Shown here one piece after another: positions 34,309-45,992 of a stretch of 64,000 nt of DNA. The DNA lies in the NCBI GenBank assembly GCA_036513415.1, contig DATBZA010000032.1, positions 2,985 to 66,984 of the forward strand, in the 5' to 3' direction. Origin of the DNA: Myxococcales bacterium (lineage in GTDB: Bacteria; Myxococcota; Myxococcia; Myxococcales; 40CM-4-68-19). Numbering within the stretch: the stretch's first letter is position 1; each line of letters opens with the position of its first letter. The notes below the pieces were generated by a model that saw only the letters and a program-made list of their open reading frames with translations, made no database searches and was not told the DNA's origin. A program made the position numbers and the translations under genes.

Positions 34309-35540
34309 GGAAGGCGCTCCTCGCCGGCGCGCTGCTGGCGCTCGCCGCGGCCGCGCTCTTCTGCGCGGTGCCCTTGGGGACGGCGCAGCGGCTTCCGGGT
34401 ATCGCAGTCAACGGCAGGGTCGCGCTGGAGTTGCTGGGCGTGGGCTCGCTGCGCGCCGGCGCGGGCAAGGTGCGGATTGCGCTCGGTCCTCACCCGATCC
34501 TCGCCGGCTATCCGGGGAAGCGGCGCGCGGAAGACTCGAGGGAGCCGGTGTACGCGAGGGCCATCGCGCTGGAGGTGGAAGGGCTGCGCGCGCTGGTGGC
34601 CTCGATCGACACGCTGCTCGTGCCGGGCAGCCTGGAGGAGGAGGTGCTGCGCCGCGCGCGGCTGCCACCGCTCACCTGCCTCCTGCTCGCGGCCACGCAC
34701 ACGCATTCGGGCCCGGGCGGCGCGTGGGACAGCGTCATCGCCGGATGGTCGGGCGCGGGGCCGTTCGATCGGGCGCAACGGGATGCGATCGCACAGGCCG
34801 CGGCCGACGCGCTCAGGCAGGCGATCGACGCTCTCGGTCCGGCGGAGCTGCTGGTGGCACGAGAGGATTGGCCGGAGGGGCCGGCGCGGCCCCGAAGCGG
34901 AGGCCCCATCGACCCCCAGCTGGTAGCGCTGCGCGTTCGCGGGCCATCGGGGGAAGACGTGGCGACGCTGATCGACTACCCCATGCACCCCACCACCACG
35001 CCGCGCTCCTCGCGGCGGCTCTCGGCCGACTGGCCGGGCAAGGTGGCCGCGGCCCTGGAAGGCGCGCCGGTGCTGGTGGTCCAGGGCGCGGGCGGCAACG
35101 CGACCTGGGATCGGGCTGAGGACGTGGCGGCGGCGGTCGCCCGCGAGGCCGAGCAGCTCCTGCGCAGGGCGGAGCCAGTGCGGCACCTCCAGATCGGGTG
35201 CCAGGCGCGCCTGGTGGCCCTTCCACCCCCGCAGGCTTCGCCCGCGGTGCCCTGGCCGTTGCGGCGGGCGTTTGCCAACGCGATCGCGCTGACGCGGGAG
35301 CCCGCGGTGATCGAGACGCGCGTTCGCATCGGTCCACTGACGTTGGTCGGCGTGCCGGGTGAGCCGGTCGGGGAGCTCGGCCGGCGTATGTCCCCCGACG
35401 TGCTGGTCGGGCTCGCCGACGGCTATGCCGGATACGTGGAAACGTCAGAGCGCTGGGCCCAAGGCGAGGGAGAGGCTTCGCGCACCTGGTTCGGCCCGGG
35501 CCTCGCCGAGGCGCTTGGGCTATGGTCGGCGCCGCGATGA
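34305..35540 (+). CDS. Neutral/alkaline ceramidase-like protein
   Basis: [38 protein letters not shown]; hydrophobic N-terminus from CTG at 34305. Confidence 0.75.
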   Translation: MRKALLAGALLALAAAALFCAVPLGTAQRLPGIAVNGRVALELLGVGSLRAGAGKVRIALGPHPILAGYPGKRRAEDSREPVYARAIALEVEGLRALVASIDTLLVPGSLEEEVLRRARLPPLTCLLLAATHTHSGPGGAWDSVIAGWSGAGPFDRAQRDAIAQAAADALRQAIDALGPAELLVAREDWPEGPARPRSGGPIDPQLVALRVRGPSGEDVATLIDYPMHPTTTPRSSRRLSADWPGKVAAALEGAPVLVVQGAGGNATWDRAEDVAAAVAREAEQLLRRAEPVRHLQIGCQARLVALPPPQASPAVPWPLRRAFANAIALTREPAVIETRVRIGPLTLVGVPGEPVGELGRRMSPDVLVGLADGYAGYVETSERWAQGEGEASRTWFGPGLAEALGLWSAPR

Positions 35541-35756
35541 TCCTCGAGATCGCCGAAGAGGTCGCCACGGCGCTGCGCGAGCGCCGCCCGGTGGTGGCTT
35601 TGGAAACAGGATGTGACTCCGTTTCTGCTCGCGGCGCTGGCTGGGGCGACGGGCAACCGCAGCACCGCCGCTAATATCGAGCTTCTCGAGAACAATGCGC
35701 GGGTGGCGGCGGAAATCGCCGGGGCGATGCGCGTCAGTGATGCAGCCGGGCTGTAA
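35537..35756 (+). pseudogene. psuG: Pseudouridine-5'-phosphate glycosidase remnant with large internal deletion
   Basis: [24 protein letters not shown] (PsuG N-terminus) joined out of frame at ~35608 to [37 protein letters not shown] (PsuG C-terminus). Confidence 0.85.
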
Positions 35757-35796
35757 TCTGCCGGGCGCGCCAGCCCGGGGGGCGCTCGACCGGCGC

Positions 35797-35826
35797 TTGA
35801 CCCTACCCTCAGCCGGCAAGTATACG
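35797..35826 (+). promoter_or_regulatory. Candidate sigma70-type promoter of first S8 protease
   Basis: TTGACC-N18-TATACG. Confidence 0.4.
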
Positions 35827-35887
35827 CCTTCCCCGCACCGTTCGGCAGCCGCCCACCAACCTCTCCACCTTTTCCAGGGGGATTCCC

Positions 35888-38800
35888 GTGTCCCGGTCCA
35901 ATTCGCGCCCGCCGGTATCGGCGCTCGTTATTCGCAGAGCTCTACCCGGCCAGCAGTTGTCGGTTGTTCCGGCAATCCTCGCAATGATGCTCTGTTCTCC
36001 CGTGGGAGCGCTCGCCGCGTCCCGCGATGCGGGCGAGCCGCGGTCGAGCCTCTACATTGTTCAACTGCTCGAAGACCCCGCGGTCGCATACACGGGCAAT
36101 ATCCCGGGCTACAAGGCGACCAAGCCCGCCAAGGGCACGAAGATCAATCCGGCCAACCCGGACGTCGCGCAGTATGCGGGGTACCTGGATTCGCGCCACG
36201 ACCAGGTCGTCGCCAGCGTCGGCGGGCGAAAGGTCATGGACTACCGCTACACCTACAACGGCTTTGCGGCCGAGTTGTCGGCACTGCAGGCCGAGTCGCT
36301 GAAGAGCGCGCCCGGCGTGTTGGCCGTGAGCAAGGACGAAATGGTGTTCGCCGACACCTCGTCCACCCCGCATTTTCTCGGTCTGGACGCGCCGGGAGGG
36401 TTGTGGGCTCAACTCGGCGGCACCGGCTGCGCCGGCGGCGAGATCATCATCGGCGTCATCGACTCGGGCATCTGGCCGGAGAGCGCCAGCTTCGCGAAGT
36501 TGCCCTCGGAAGGAAATTGCAACCGGGATTTCCAGAGCATCAAGAGCTGGAGCGGCACGTGCGTGGCTGGTGAAGGTTTCACCGCCGCCAACTGCAACAA
36601 CAAGCTGATCGGCGCCCGGTACTTCAACGCCGCCTGGGGCGGCAACGACGCCATCGCGGCGTTGAGGCCGTGGGAGTTCGTCTCGGCCCGCGACTACAAT
36701 GGTCACGGCACGCATACATCTTCGACCGCCGGCGGAAACAATGGCGTAACGCCCACCGGTCCGGCGGCCGCATTTGGCAAGGTCAGTGGCATGGCGCCTC
36801 GCGCTCGCATCGCCATGTACAAGGCGCTGTGGTCTACACAAGATGCGTCCACCGCGAGCGGCTTCACTTCGGATCTCGTGGCGGCGATCGACCAGGCCGT
36901 GGCTGACGGTGTGGACGTGATCAACTATTCGATCAGCGGTACGCAGACGAACTTCCTCGACCCCGTCGAGGTGGCCTTCCTCTTCGCCGCGGATGCGGGC
37001 GTGTTCGTGGCGGCTTCGGCGGGCAACAGCGGCCCGACCGTCAGCACCGTCGCGCACCCCTCGCCGTGGATCACGACGGTGGCGGCCGGTACACACAATC
37101 GGAACGGCGCAGGTTCCGTGACCCTGGGCAATGGCACGTCCTACAACGGCGCTTCGGTGGCGGCTGCCGTGGGTCCAGCGCCCCTGATCAACTCGACGGC
37201 CGCGGGCCTGTCCGGCGCTGACTCCGAGCTGGTTCGTCTGTGCTTCTCGACCGACGATAAGGGGAATCCCGTCCTGGATCGAAGCAAGGTCGCGGGGAAG
37301 ATCGTGGTCTGCGACCGGGGCGTGAATGCCCGTGTGGACAAGAGCCTTGCCGTCAAGGGGGCAGGCGGCGTCGGCATGATCCTGCTCAATACCAGCCCGA
37401 ACTCGCTCAACGCCGACTTCCACTTCGTGCCCACGGTGCATCTGCCGGACACCAATCGAGCGGCCGTGCTCGCTTACGGGGCCACGGCCAACGCTTCAGC
37501 GAAGATCAATCAGTCGACGCTGACCTTCAAAGACCCGGCGCCGTTCACGGCTTCTTTTTCATCGCGCGGTCCGCTTCGTGCCGGTGGTGGCGACTTGCTC
37601 AAGCCTGACGTCATCGCTCCCGGCGTGGATGTCCTGGCCGCCGTGGCGCCTCCCGGTAATGCCGGCCTGGAGTTCAACCTGTACAGCGGCACCTCGATGT
37701 CCAGCCCCCACGTGGCCGGCCTGGGGGCGCTGTTGAAGGAGCGCCACTCCACCTGGACCCCGATGATGATCAGGTCGGCGCTGATGACCAGCGGCAGTGA
37801 CATCCTCGACGGCCCCAATACCAACCCGCTGGTGATCTTCAGGCAGGGTGCCGGTCATGTCGTGCCCAACACCGCTGCCGACCCCGGACTGGTTTACGAC
37901 TCCGGCTTCCTCGACTGGCTGGCCTTCCTCTGCGGCACGACCAATGGCGTCAGCGCCTCGACCTGCAACGCGTTGAAGGGCTCGGGCTACTCACTCGACG
38001 CCAGCGATCTGAACGGCGCTTCCATCGCTATCGGCGACATGGCAGGCATTCAGACCGTTACCCGCAGGGTGATCAACGTCGGGACCAAACGGGCGACCTA
38101 CACCTCGTCCGTCGCGGGGATGGCCGGAATCACGGTGGAGGTAAACCCGGCCTCGTTGACCCTCAACCCAGGTCAGACCGGGACGTTCAGCGTCAAGTTC
38201 ACGCGGACGACCGCTGCACTGAACGCCTACACCGGTGGACAACTGACCTGGACGGATGGTGCGCACAAGGTCCGCAGCCCGCTTGTCGTGCGCCCAGTGG
38301 CGCTCGCCGCTCCAACTCAAGTTTCCGGCACGGGCGGCGCCATCTCCTATGGGGTCACGTTCGGTTACAACGGCTCGTTCGCCGCGAGCGCGCGTGGACT
38401 CGCAGCAGCAGCTACGGTCAATAGTAGCGTGACGCAGGATCCGAACGGCACCTTCAGTCCGGGCGGACCGGGGACAGTGAGTTTTACGGTCAATGTGCCG
38501 TCGGGCTCCACCTACGCGCGTTTCTCGCTGTTCGATGCCAACAGCACGCCTGGGAGCGACCTCGACCTTTACGTGTACCAGGGAAACACCCGGGTCGGCG
38601 CCAGCACCGGCGGTACAGCAGAGGAGGAAGTCAACCTGCTCAGCCCGACCGGTGGGACCTATACGGTCTGGGTGCACGGCTTCGGAACCCCCGCGGGCGG
38701 GTCCACCTTCACGCTGTTCTCCTGGGCGCTCGGTTCGACGGCCTCCGGCAACATGTCGGTGAGCGCTCCGGCCACGGCCACCATCGGCGGGACCGGCACC

Positions 38801-38914
38801 ATCGGTCTGACGTTCAGCGGGCTGGCGGGTGGAACCAAGTACCTCGGATCGGTTGCGTACTCGGGCATCGCCGGTCTGCCAAACCCGACCATCGTGCGCG
38901 TGGACACGCCGTAG
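35888..38914 (+). CDS. Secreted S8 subtilase (I9 propeptide, PA domain, Fn3-like and PPC-like C-terminal domains)
   Basis: Triad VIDSG / HGTHTSST / GTSMSSPHVAG; GKIVVCDRG PA motif; DLDLYVY. Confidence 0.93.
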   Translation: MSRSNSRPPVSALVIRRALPGQQLSVVPAILAMMLCSPVGALAASRDAGEPRSSLYIVQLLEDPAVAYTGNIPGYKATKPAKGTKINPANPDVAQYAGYLDSRHDQVVASVGGRKVMDYRYTYNGFAAELSALQAESLKSAPGVLAVSKDEMVFADTSSTPHFLGLDAPGGLWAQLGGTGCAGGEIIIGVIDSGIWPESASFAKLPSEGNCNRDFQSIKSWSGTCVAGEGFTAANCNNKLIGARYFNAAWGGNDAIAALRPWEFVSARDYNGHGTHTSSTAGGNNGVTPTGPAAAFGKVSGMAPRARIAMYKALWSTQDASTASGFTSDLVAAIDQAVADGVDVINYSISGTQTNFLDPVEVAFLFAADAGVFVAASAGNSGPTVSTVAHPSPWITTVAAGTHNRNGAGSVTLGNGTSYNGASVAAAVGPAPLINSTAAGLSGADSELVRLCFSTDDKGNPVLDRSKVAGKIVVCDRGVNARVDKSLAVKGAGGVGMILLNTSPNSLNADFHFVPTVHLPDTNRAAVLAYGATANASAKINQSTLTFKDPAPFTASFSSRGPLRAGGGDLLKPDVIAPGVDVLAAVAPPGNAGLEFNLYSGTSMSSPHVAGLGALLKERHSTWTPMMIRSALMTSGSDILDGPNTNPLVIFRQGAGHVVPNTAADPGLVYDSGFLDWLAFLCGTTNGVSASTCNALKGSGYSLDASDLNGASIAIGDMAGIQTVTRRVINVGTKRATYTSSVAGMAGITVEVNPASLTLNPGQTGTFSVKFTRTTAALNAYTGGQLTWTDGAHKVRSPLVVRPVALAAPTQVSGTGGAISYGVTFGYNGSFAASARGLAAAATVNSSVTQDPNGTFSPGGPGTVSFTVNVPSGSTYARFSLFDANSTPGSDLDLYVYQGNTRVGASTGGTAEEEVNLLSPTGGTYTVWVHGFGTPAGGSTFTLFSWALGSTASGNMSVSAPATATIGGTGTIGLTFSGLAGGTKYLGSVAYSGIAGLPNPTIVRVDTP

Positions 38915-38961
38915 GCTAGAAGGGTCGTTCGGGCTTCGAACCCCGCCACGCCTTGTTGGAC

Positions 38962-38994
38962 GAAGGGCCGCCTCCGGGCGGCCCTTCACTTTTT
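38962..38994 (+). terminator. Rho-independent terminator
   Basis: gaagggccgcc-tccg-ggcggcccttc followed by acttttt. Confidence 0.85.
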
Positions 38995-39216
38995 GAAGCG
39001 GAATGTGTCAAAAATCATTCGAGCCAAATTTACTCGTCACGTCCTTTCCGGAAATCGCAACGTTCCCGCGCATCGAGGGCGCTGGGCATGGCTGGCAAAG
39101 GCGCGGGCCAAGCACGCAAACGCCGGGTGCGCGCAAGCCAGGTGTTTCGGATAAGTAGCTGATATTCCTATTTATTATAAGCGCCCGCCCGCCCGTCCAG
39201 ATTGCGGAAGGGGGGC

Positions 39217-39246
39217 TTGACCGGCCTTTGAGGGAGCGTTTATGGT
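39217..39246 (+). promoter_or_regulatory. Candidate sigma70-type promoter of second S8 protease
   Basis: TTGACC-N18-TATGGT, preceded by an AT-rich tract at ~39150-39180. Confidence 0.45.
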
Positions 39247-39387
39247 GCCGCGCCGTACTGTTCCACACAACCGTTCCGACGCGTGCGTTTCGAATCGCAA
39301 GCCGATCAGGAGATCGGCAGGGGGCGCGAAGTGCGCACGTCCGGTGCCGAGTCGAACTCGACTCGAAACAGCAGGGGAGAACACCAC

Positions 39388-42300
39388 ATGCGAAGGGCAC
39401 TTTGGATGTCGGCTCCGGCCGCTGTCATCGGGATCCTCTTGGTCGCCGCCGCACGAGACGCCACCGCTACGAGCGAGGACGGTTCACGCAGCGCGGCGCG
39501 GTTCGCGAAGATCGATCCGGCACTACTCGAGTCAGGCGGTCCGCAAGGCAAGTTCGTGCCGGCATCGCTCAGCGAGCGGCCGATCAGCGTCGTCCTCGAA
39601 CTCGCCGGGGAACCGGTCGCGGTCCACAGCGGAAAGGCGAAGCAGCGCGGTCCACAGTTGGCGCGGGCTGAGAAGGACGCGATCCGGCAGCAGTTGCGGG
39701 CGCAGCAGGATGCGCTCCACGGGCAGCTCGCGAATGCCGGCGCGAATATCGTCGGCCAGATGCAGGACGCCTACAACGGCATCCATGTCATCGTCCCGCA
39801 GAAGAACGTGCCGCAGCTTGCGAGTCTTCCGGGCGTCGTCGCGCTGCACGCCGTACGGACGTTCAAGCCCGCGAACGTCAACGGCGCACCGTTCATCGGC
39901 GCGCCCCAGGCCTGGGGGAATTTCGGCCGCACCGGAGCGGGCGTGAAGGTCGCCGTCATCGATACGGGCATCGATTATACGCATGCGGACTTCGGCGGAC
40001 CGGGAACGGTCGCCGCCTTCAACGCGGCGAAGGCGACCAGCACGGCCCCGGCGGCTCCGAGCCTGTTCGGACCCGGTGCGGCGAAGGTCAAGGGAGGTTT
40101 CGACTTCAGCGGTGACGACTACAACGCCAACGACCCGGCGTCCGTCCCGAAGCCGGACCCGAACCCGCTCGACTGCAACGGCCACGGGACGCACACAGCC
40201 GGAACGGCCGGCGGTTTCGGCGTTCTCAGCAACGGCTCGACCTACACCGGACCGTACGACACATCCACGGTCTCGTCACACTCGTGGAACGTCGGGCCCG
40301 GCGTCGCGCCGCGCGCCGAAATTTACGCCTATCGGGTGTTCGGCTGCACAGGCTCGAGCAACATCGTCGACCTCGCGATCAACAGGGCCGTCGCGGATGG
40401 CGTGAACGTCATCAGCATGTCGCTCGGCTCTGACTTCGGCGGTACGGATGATCCTACGTCGGTAGCGGCACAGAACGCCTTCGAAGACGGCATCGCGGTG
40501 ATTGCATCGGCGGGCAACGCGGGCGCGAGCGGGTACATCGTCGGCTCACCGAGCACTTCGAACGGCGTGCTCTCGGTGGCCGCGATGGACGCGAGCGTCC
40601 CGAAGTATCCCGGCGCAAAGCTGACCCTGACGCCCGCCACCTCGACCGGGCCGGTCACCGCGATCAATGCCAACAATGCCTCGCTCCCGAGCGGGCCGTT
40701 CCCCGTGAAGGTGTTGCGGAACGCAGACGGCACAATCTCGCTGGGCTGCAACGAGGCCGAGTATGCGGCCACGGCCGGCAAGGTCGTCGTCACGACGCGC
40801 GGAACGTGCGCCCGCGTCGCGCGCGCGGTCTTCGGCGACAAGGCCGGCGCCGCCGCCGTGGTGATGATCAATAATGCCGGGGGTTATCCGCCGTTCGAGG
40901 GCGAGATCACCGAGAACCCGGACACGGGCGAGAAGCGCAACGTGACGATCCCGTTCCTCGGCGTGAAGAACGATGCCGACACCGTCAGTGCGCTGGTGGC
41001 GGCTGACGGTGGCTCGGTGACATTGGCCGCGACGACCGTAGACAACACGAACTACAAGCTTGTCGCCGGCTTCTCTTCCGGCGGTCCCCGCAACCCCGAC
41101 TCGTCGCCGAAGCCCGATGTGATCGCCCCCGGCGTGAGCGTCGCGTCCGCCGGCATCGGCAGCGGTGTGAAAGCGGCGACCATCTCCGGAACGTCGATGG
41201 CCTGCCCGATGACGGCAGGCATTGCCGCGCTGGTCAAAGAGGCACATCCGAGCTGGAACGGATCGGAGATCAAGGCCGCGATCATGAACACGGCCAATCC
41301 CGCCCTGAACACCGGGTATAACAGCCGGCGGGCGGGCACGGGCGTCGTTCAGGCCCAGAACGCCGTCAACTCATCGGTGCTCGCCACTACGATTGATCAA
41401 CTCGATGCGATCGCGTTCGGCTACGTGGCGGGATCCGGCAACTACTCGGCGAGCAAGGCGTTCACGCTGACGAATCATGGCTCTTCGTCGGCGACCTACA
41501 ATCTGGCCGTCGCTCCAAACGGCGGCCAGTCTGGCGCGAGCGTCAGCGTTTCGCCGACCAGCGTCACCGTTCCCATGGGCCAGACCGCGACCGTCCAGGT
41601 CTCGCTCTCGATGTCGGCCTCGGCGTTCGCGGCACTGCCGAGCGACGACACGTTCTCCATCGGCGTGGGTGGGGTCCTGACCGTTCGCGGCAACATCGTG
41701 GCGACGCCTGGGACCGGTCAATCCTCCGACAAGCAGACGCTCCGCCTGCCTTACATGTTCGTGCCGCGTGGCCTGTCGAACGTGGCCGCCGGCGCTCCGA
41801 GCGCGTGGACGAAGGGTCCTCGGCCCGGGAACACGTTCACCTCGTCGGTGCCGTTGACCAACACCGGCATCCACACGGGCACCGCCGACCTGTACAGCTG
41901 GGGCATCACCGACCCCAGGGAGAGTGGCCAGCCGATGGACGTCCGCAATGTCGGGGCCCAGGTCCTTCCTGGCGCGGCGCTCGGCGGTGCCGACACGGAC
42001 CGCAGCCTCGTATTCGTCATCAACACCTGGGGCCAGGCGACGAATCAGGCGGTGAACGAGTACGACATCGCCATCGACAACAACGGCGACGGAGTGGCCG
42101 ACTTCTTCGTGGTCGGAGTTGACCTCGGCGCGGTCCTGTCGGGGTCGGCCAACGGCCAGATGGCCTCTTTCACGATCGACGCCGCGACAGGCGCCGTCGT
42201 CGACGCCTTCTACGCCGACGCTCCGATGAACGGCTCGACCATGGAGCTGCCGGCGCTGGCAAGCGAGCTGGGCATCGTCCCGGAGCAGAGGCCGGGCAAC

Positions 42301-42594
42301 GCGAACGATCGTGGCAGTCAGACGTTCACCTACAGCGTCAACGCGTTCTCGCTCGTACCGGGGAATTTCGTCGACTCTACAGGCTCGGCGACGCTCAGCC
42401 CGTTCAGCCCGGCCGTCTCCAGCGGCGACTTCGCGACACTCGCTCCGGGCGCATCGGCGACGATGCCGCTCACCATCGACCAGAAGCAGCAGAAGAAGAC
42501 GCCAGCGCTCGGATGGCTGGTCGTGTCGGTGGACGATGCCAACGGCGCGCCGCAGGCGGACGAAGTGAAGGCTCCAAGCAAGCTGGAGCAGTAA
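39388..42594 (+). CDS. Secreted S8 subtilase with PA domain (Vpr-like)
   Basis: Signal peptide; VIDTGIDYTH / HGTHTAG / GTSMACP; AGGGGAG RBS before ATG 39388. Confidence 0.93.
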   Translation: MRRALWMSAPAAVIGILLVAAARDATATSEDGSRSAARFAKIDPALLESGGPQGKFVPASLSERPISVVLELAGEPVAVHSGKAKQRGPQLARAEKDAIRQQLRAQQDALHGQLANAGANIVGQMQDAYNGIHVIVPQKNVPQLASLPGVVALHAVRTFKPANVNGAPFIGAPQAWGNFGRTGAGVKVAVIDTGIDYTHADFGGPGTVAAFNAAKATSTAPAAPSLFGPGAAKVKGGFDFSGDDYNANDPASVPKPDPNPLDCNGHGTHTAGTAGGFGVLSNGSTYTGPYDTSTVSSHSWNVGPGVAPRAEIYAYRVFGCTGSSNIVDLAINRAVADGVNVISMSLGSDFGGTDDPTSVAAQNAFEDGIAVIASAGNAGASGYIVGSPSTSNGVLSVAAMDASVPKYPGAKLTLTPATSTGPVTAINANNASLPSGPFPVKVLRNADGTISLGCNEAEYAATAGKVVVTTRGTCARVARAVFGDKAGAAAVVMINNAGGYPPFEGEITENPDTGEKRNVTIPFLGVKNDADTVSALVAADGGSVTLAATTVDNTNYKLVAGFSSGGPRNPDSSPKPDVIAPGVSVASAGIGSGVKAATISGTSMACPMTAGIAALVKEAHPSWNGSEIKAAIMNTANPALNTGYNSRRAGTGVVQAQNAVNSSVLATTIDQLDAIAFGYVAGSGNYSASKAFTLTNHGSSSATYNLAVAPNGGQSGASVSVSPTSVTVPMGQTATVQVSLSMSASAFAALPSDDTFSIGVGGVLTVRGNIVATPGTGQSSDKQTLRLPYMFVPRGLSNVAAGAPSAWTKGPRPGNTFTSSVPLTNTGIHTGTADLYSWGITDPRESGQPMDVRNVGAQVLPGAALGGADTDRSLVFVINTWGQATNQAVNEYDIAIDNNGDGVADFFVVGVDLGAVLSGSANGQMASFTIDAATGAVVDAFYADAPMNGSTMELPALASELGIVPEQRPGNANDRGSQTFTYSVNAFSLVPGNFVDSTGSATLSPFSPAVSSGDFATLAPGASATMPLTIDQKQQKKTPALGWLVVSVDDANGAPQADEVKAPSKLEQ

Positions 42595-42614
42595 TCGCAG
42601 CCGCAGCAGGACGC

Positions 42615-42650
42615 GAGAGGGCCGTCCCCTCAGGGCGGCCCTCTCTATTT
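42615..42650 (+). terminator. Rho-independent terminator
   Basis: gagagggccgtcc...gggcggccctctc then tattt. Confidence 0.7.
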
Positions 42651-42692
42651 GGTAGGGAACGATGGTTGGTCGGTGTAGGCGCCCTTCTTCTT

Positions 42693-43658
42693 CTAGCTTC
42701 CCGCGGCGCGCGACAGGCGGTCGCGCACGGCGTCCCACTCGGGGCCGCCTGGCACCTGCTCCACCAGGATGGCGTTGCAGTCCGCGTCCTCCAGGTCGCG
42801 CAAGGCGGCGTAAAGCCCGCGGGCATAACCTTGCGAATCGTCCGGGAGCCGTGCCACGGCGACCGCCGGCGGCGCTGGGGTATCGCCGCGAAGCAGCGCG
42901 CCAACGCGCCCACCGAGCGTCGCTGCGACGGACGCCAGTTCCGGCCGCGCGGCAAGGCGCACCACCGCCGCCGGCGCATAATGCCGGCGCTGCTGGCCGG
43001 GCGACTGCGCCACGGTTCCCAAGGCCCCGGTCTCGAGAGGGCCGATCAGGTCTTCGATCTCGGTTCGTGGAATCGCTCCCGCTCGCAGCAGACGCGGCGG
43101 TCCGTCGAGAGCGACCACCGTGGACTCGATTCCGAAGGGACAGCGGCCACCGTCCACCACCGCGTCGATCCGGCCGTTGAGGTCGCGCAGCACGTGCGCC
43201 GCAGTCGTCGGGGACACGTGCTCAGCGCGGTTCGCGCTCGGCGCCGCGAGCGGTGCGCCGACCCGCTGGAGGAGCCCTCGCGCGGCAGGATGCGAGGGCG
43301 CGCGGACCCCCACGGTATCCCCGCCGGCCGTGCACTCGTCCGGGACGATGGCCGTGCGTGGAAGCACCAGCGTGAGAGGGCCGGGCCAGAACCGGGCCGC
43401 GAGTTGCCGCGCTTCCATTGGCCAGCGCGAGAACAGCGGCCGCGCTTCGTCCTCGCCCAGCACGTGCACGATCAGCGGATTGGTCAGCGGCCGGCTCTTG
43501 GCGGCGTAGATGGCGCGGACGGCCAGCGGCTCCAGCGCCAAGGCCCCCAGCCCGTACACCGTCTCGGTGGGGAAGGCGACGAGACCGCCGCGTCGGAGCA
43601 GCGCAGCCGCTTCGTCCAGGTCCGCAGGAGACCGCGCGCTGAGGAGCCGCGTCTCCAC
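42693..43658 (-). CDS. L-threonylcarbamoyladenylate synthase (Sua5 type)
   Basis: FPTETVYGLG, NPLIVH, WPGPLT, APSAN, SPG...HYAP. Confidence 0.94.
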   Translation of the reverse strand: METRLLSARSPADLDEAAALLRRGGLVAFPTETVYGLGALALEPLAVRAIYAAKSRPLTNPLIVHVLGEDEARPLFSRWPMEARQLAARFWPGPLTLVLPRTAIVPDECTAGGDTVGVRAPSHPAARGLLQRVGAPLAAPSANRAEHVSPTTAAHVLRDLNGRIDAVVDGGRCPFGIESTVVALDGPPRLLRAGAIPRTEIEDLIGPLETGALGTVAQSPGQQRRHYAPAAVVRLAARPELASVAATLGGRVGALLRGDTPAPPAVAVARLPDDSQGYARGLYAALRDLEDADCNAILVEQVPGGPEWDAVRDRLSRAAGS

Positions 43659-43659
43659 C

Positions 43660-45894
<2,235 letters not shown>

Positions 45895-45992
45895 GGGGCG
45901 CGCAACATACCAGACCGCGCCCGATCCGTGGGCGACAGCGCTGGAAGTAAAGGTTGCAATTTTCGCCTGCTGGCGTTCGGATCGCGCGCTCG

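Noticed and set aside
38920-38950. tRNA-like 3' fragment (gggcttcgaaccccgcca) as an attachment site
   Set aside because: No cloverleaf, no second copy, no integrase in the window.
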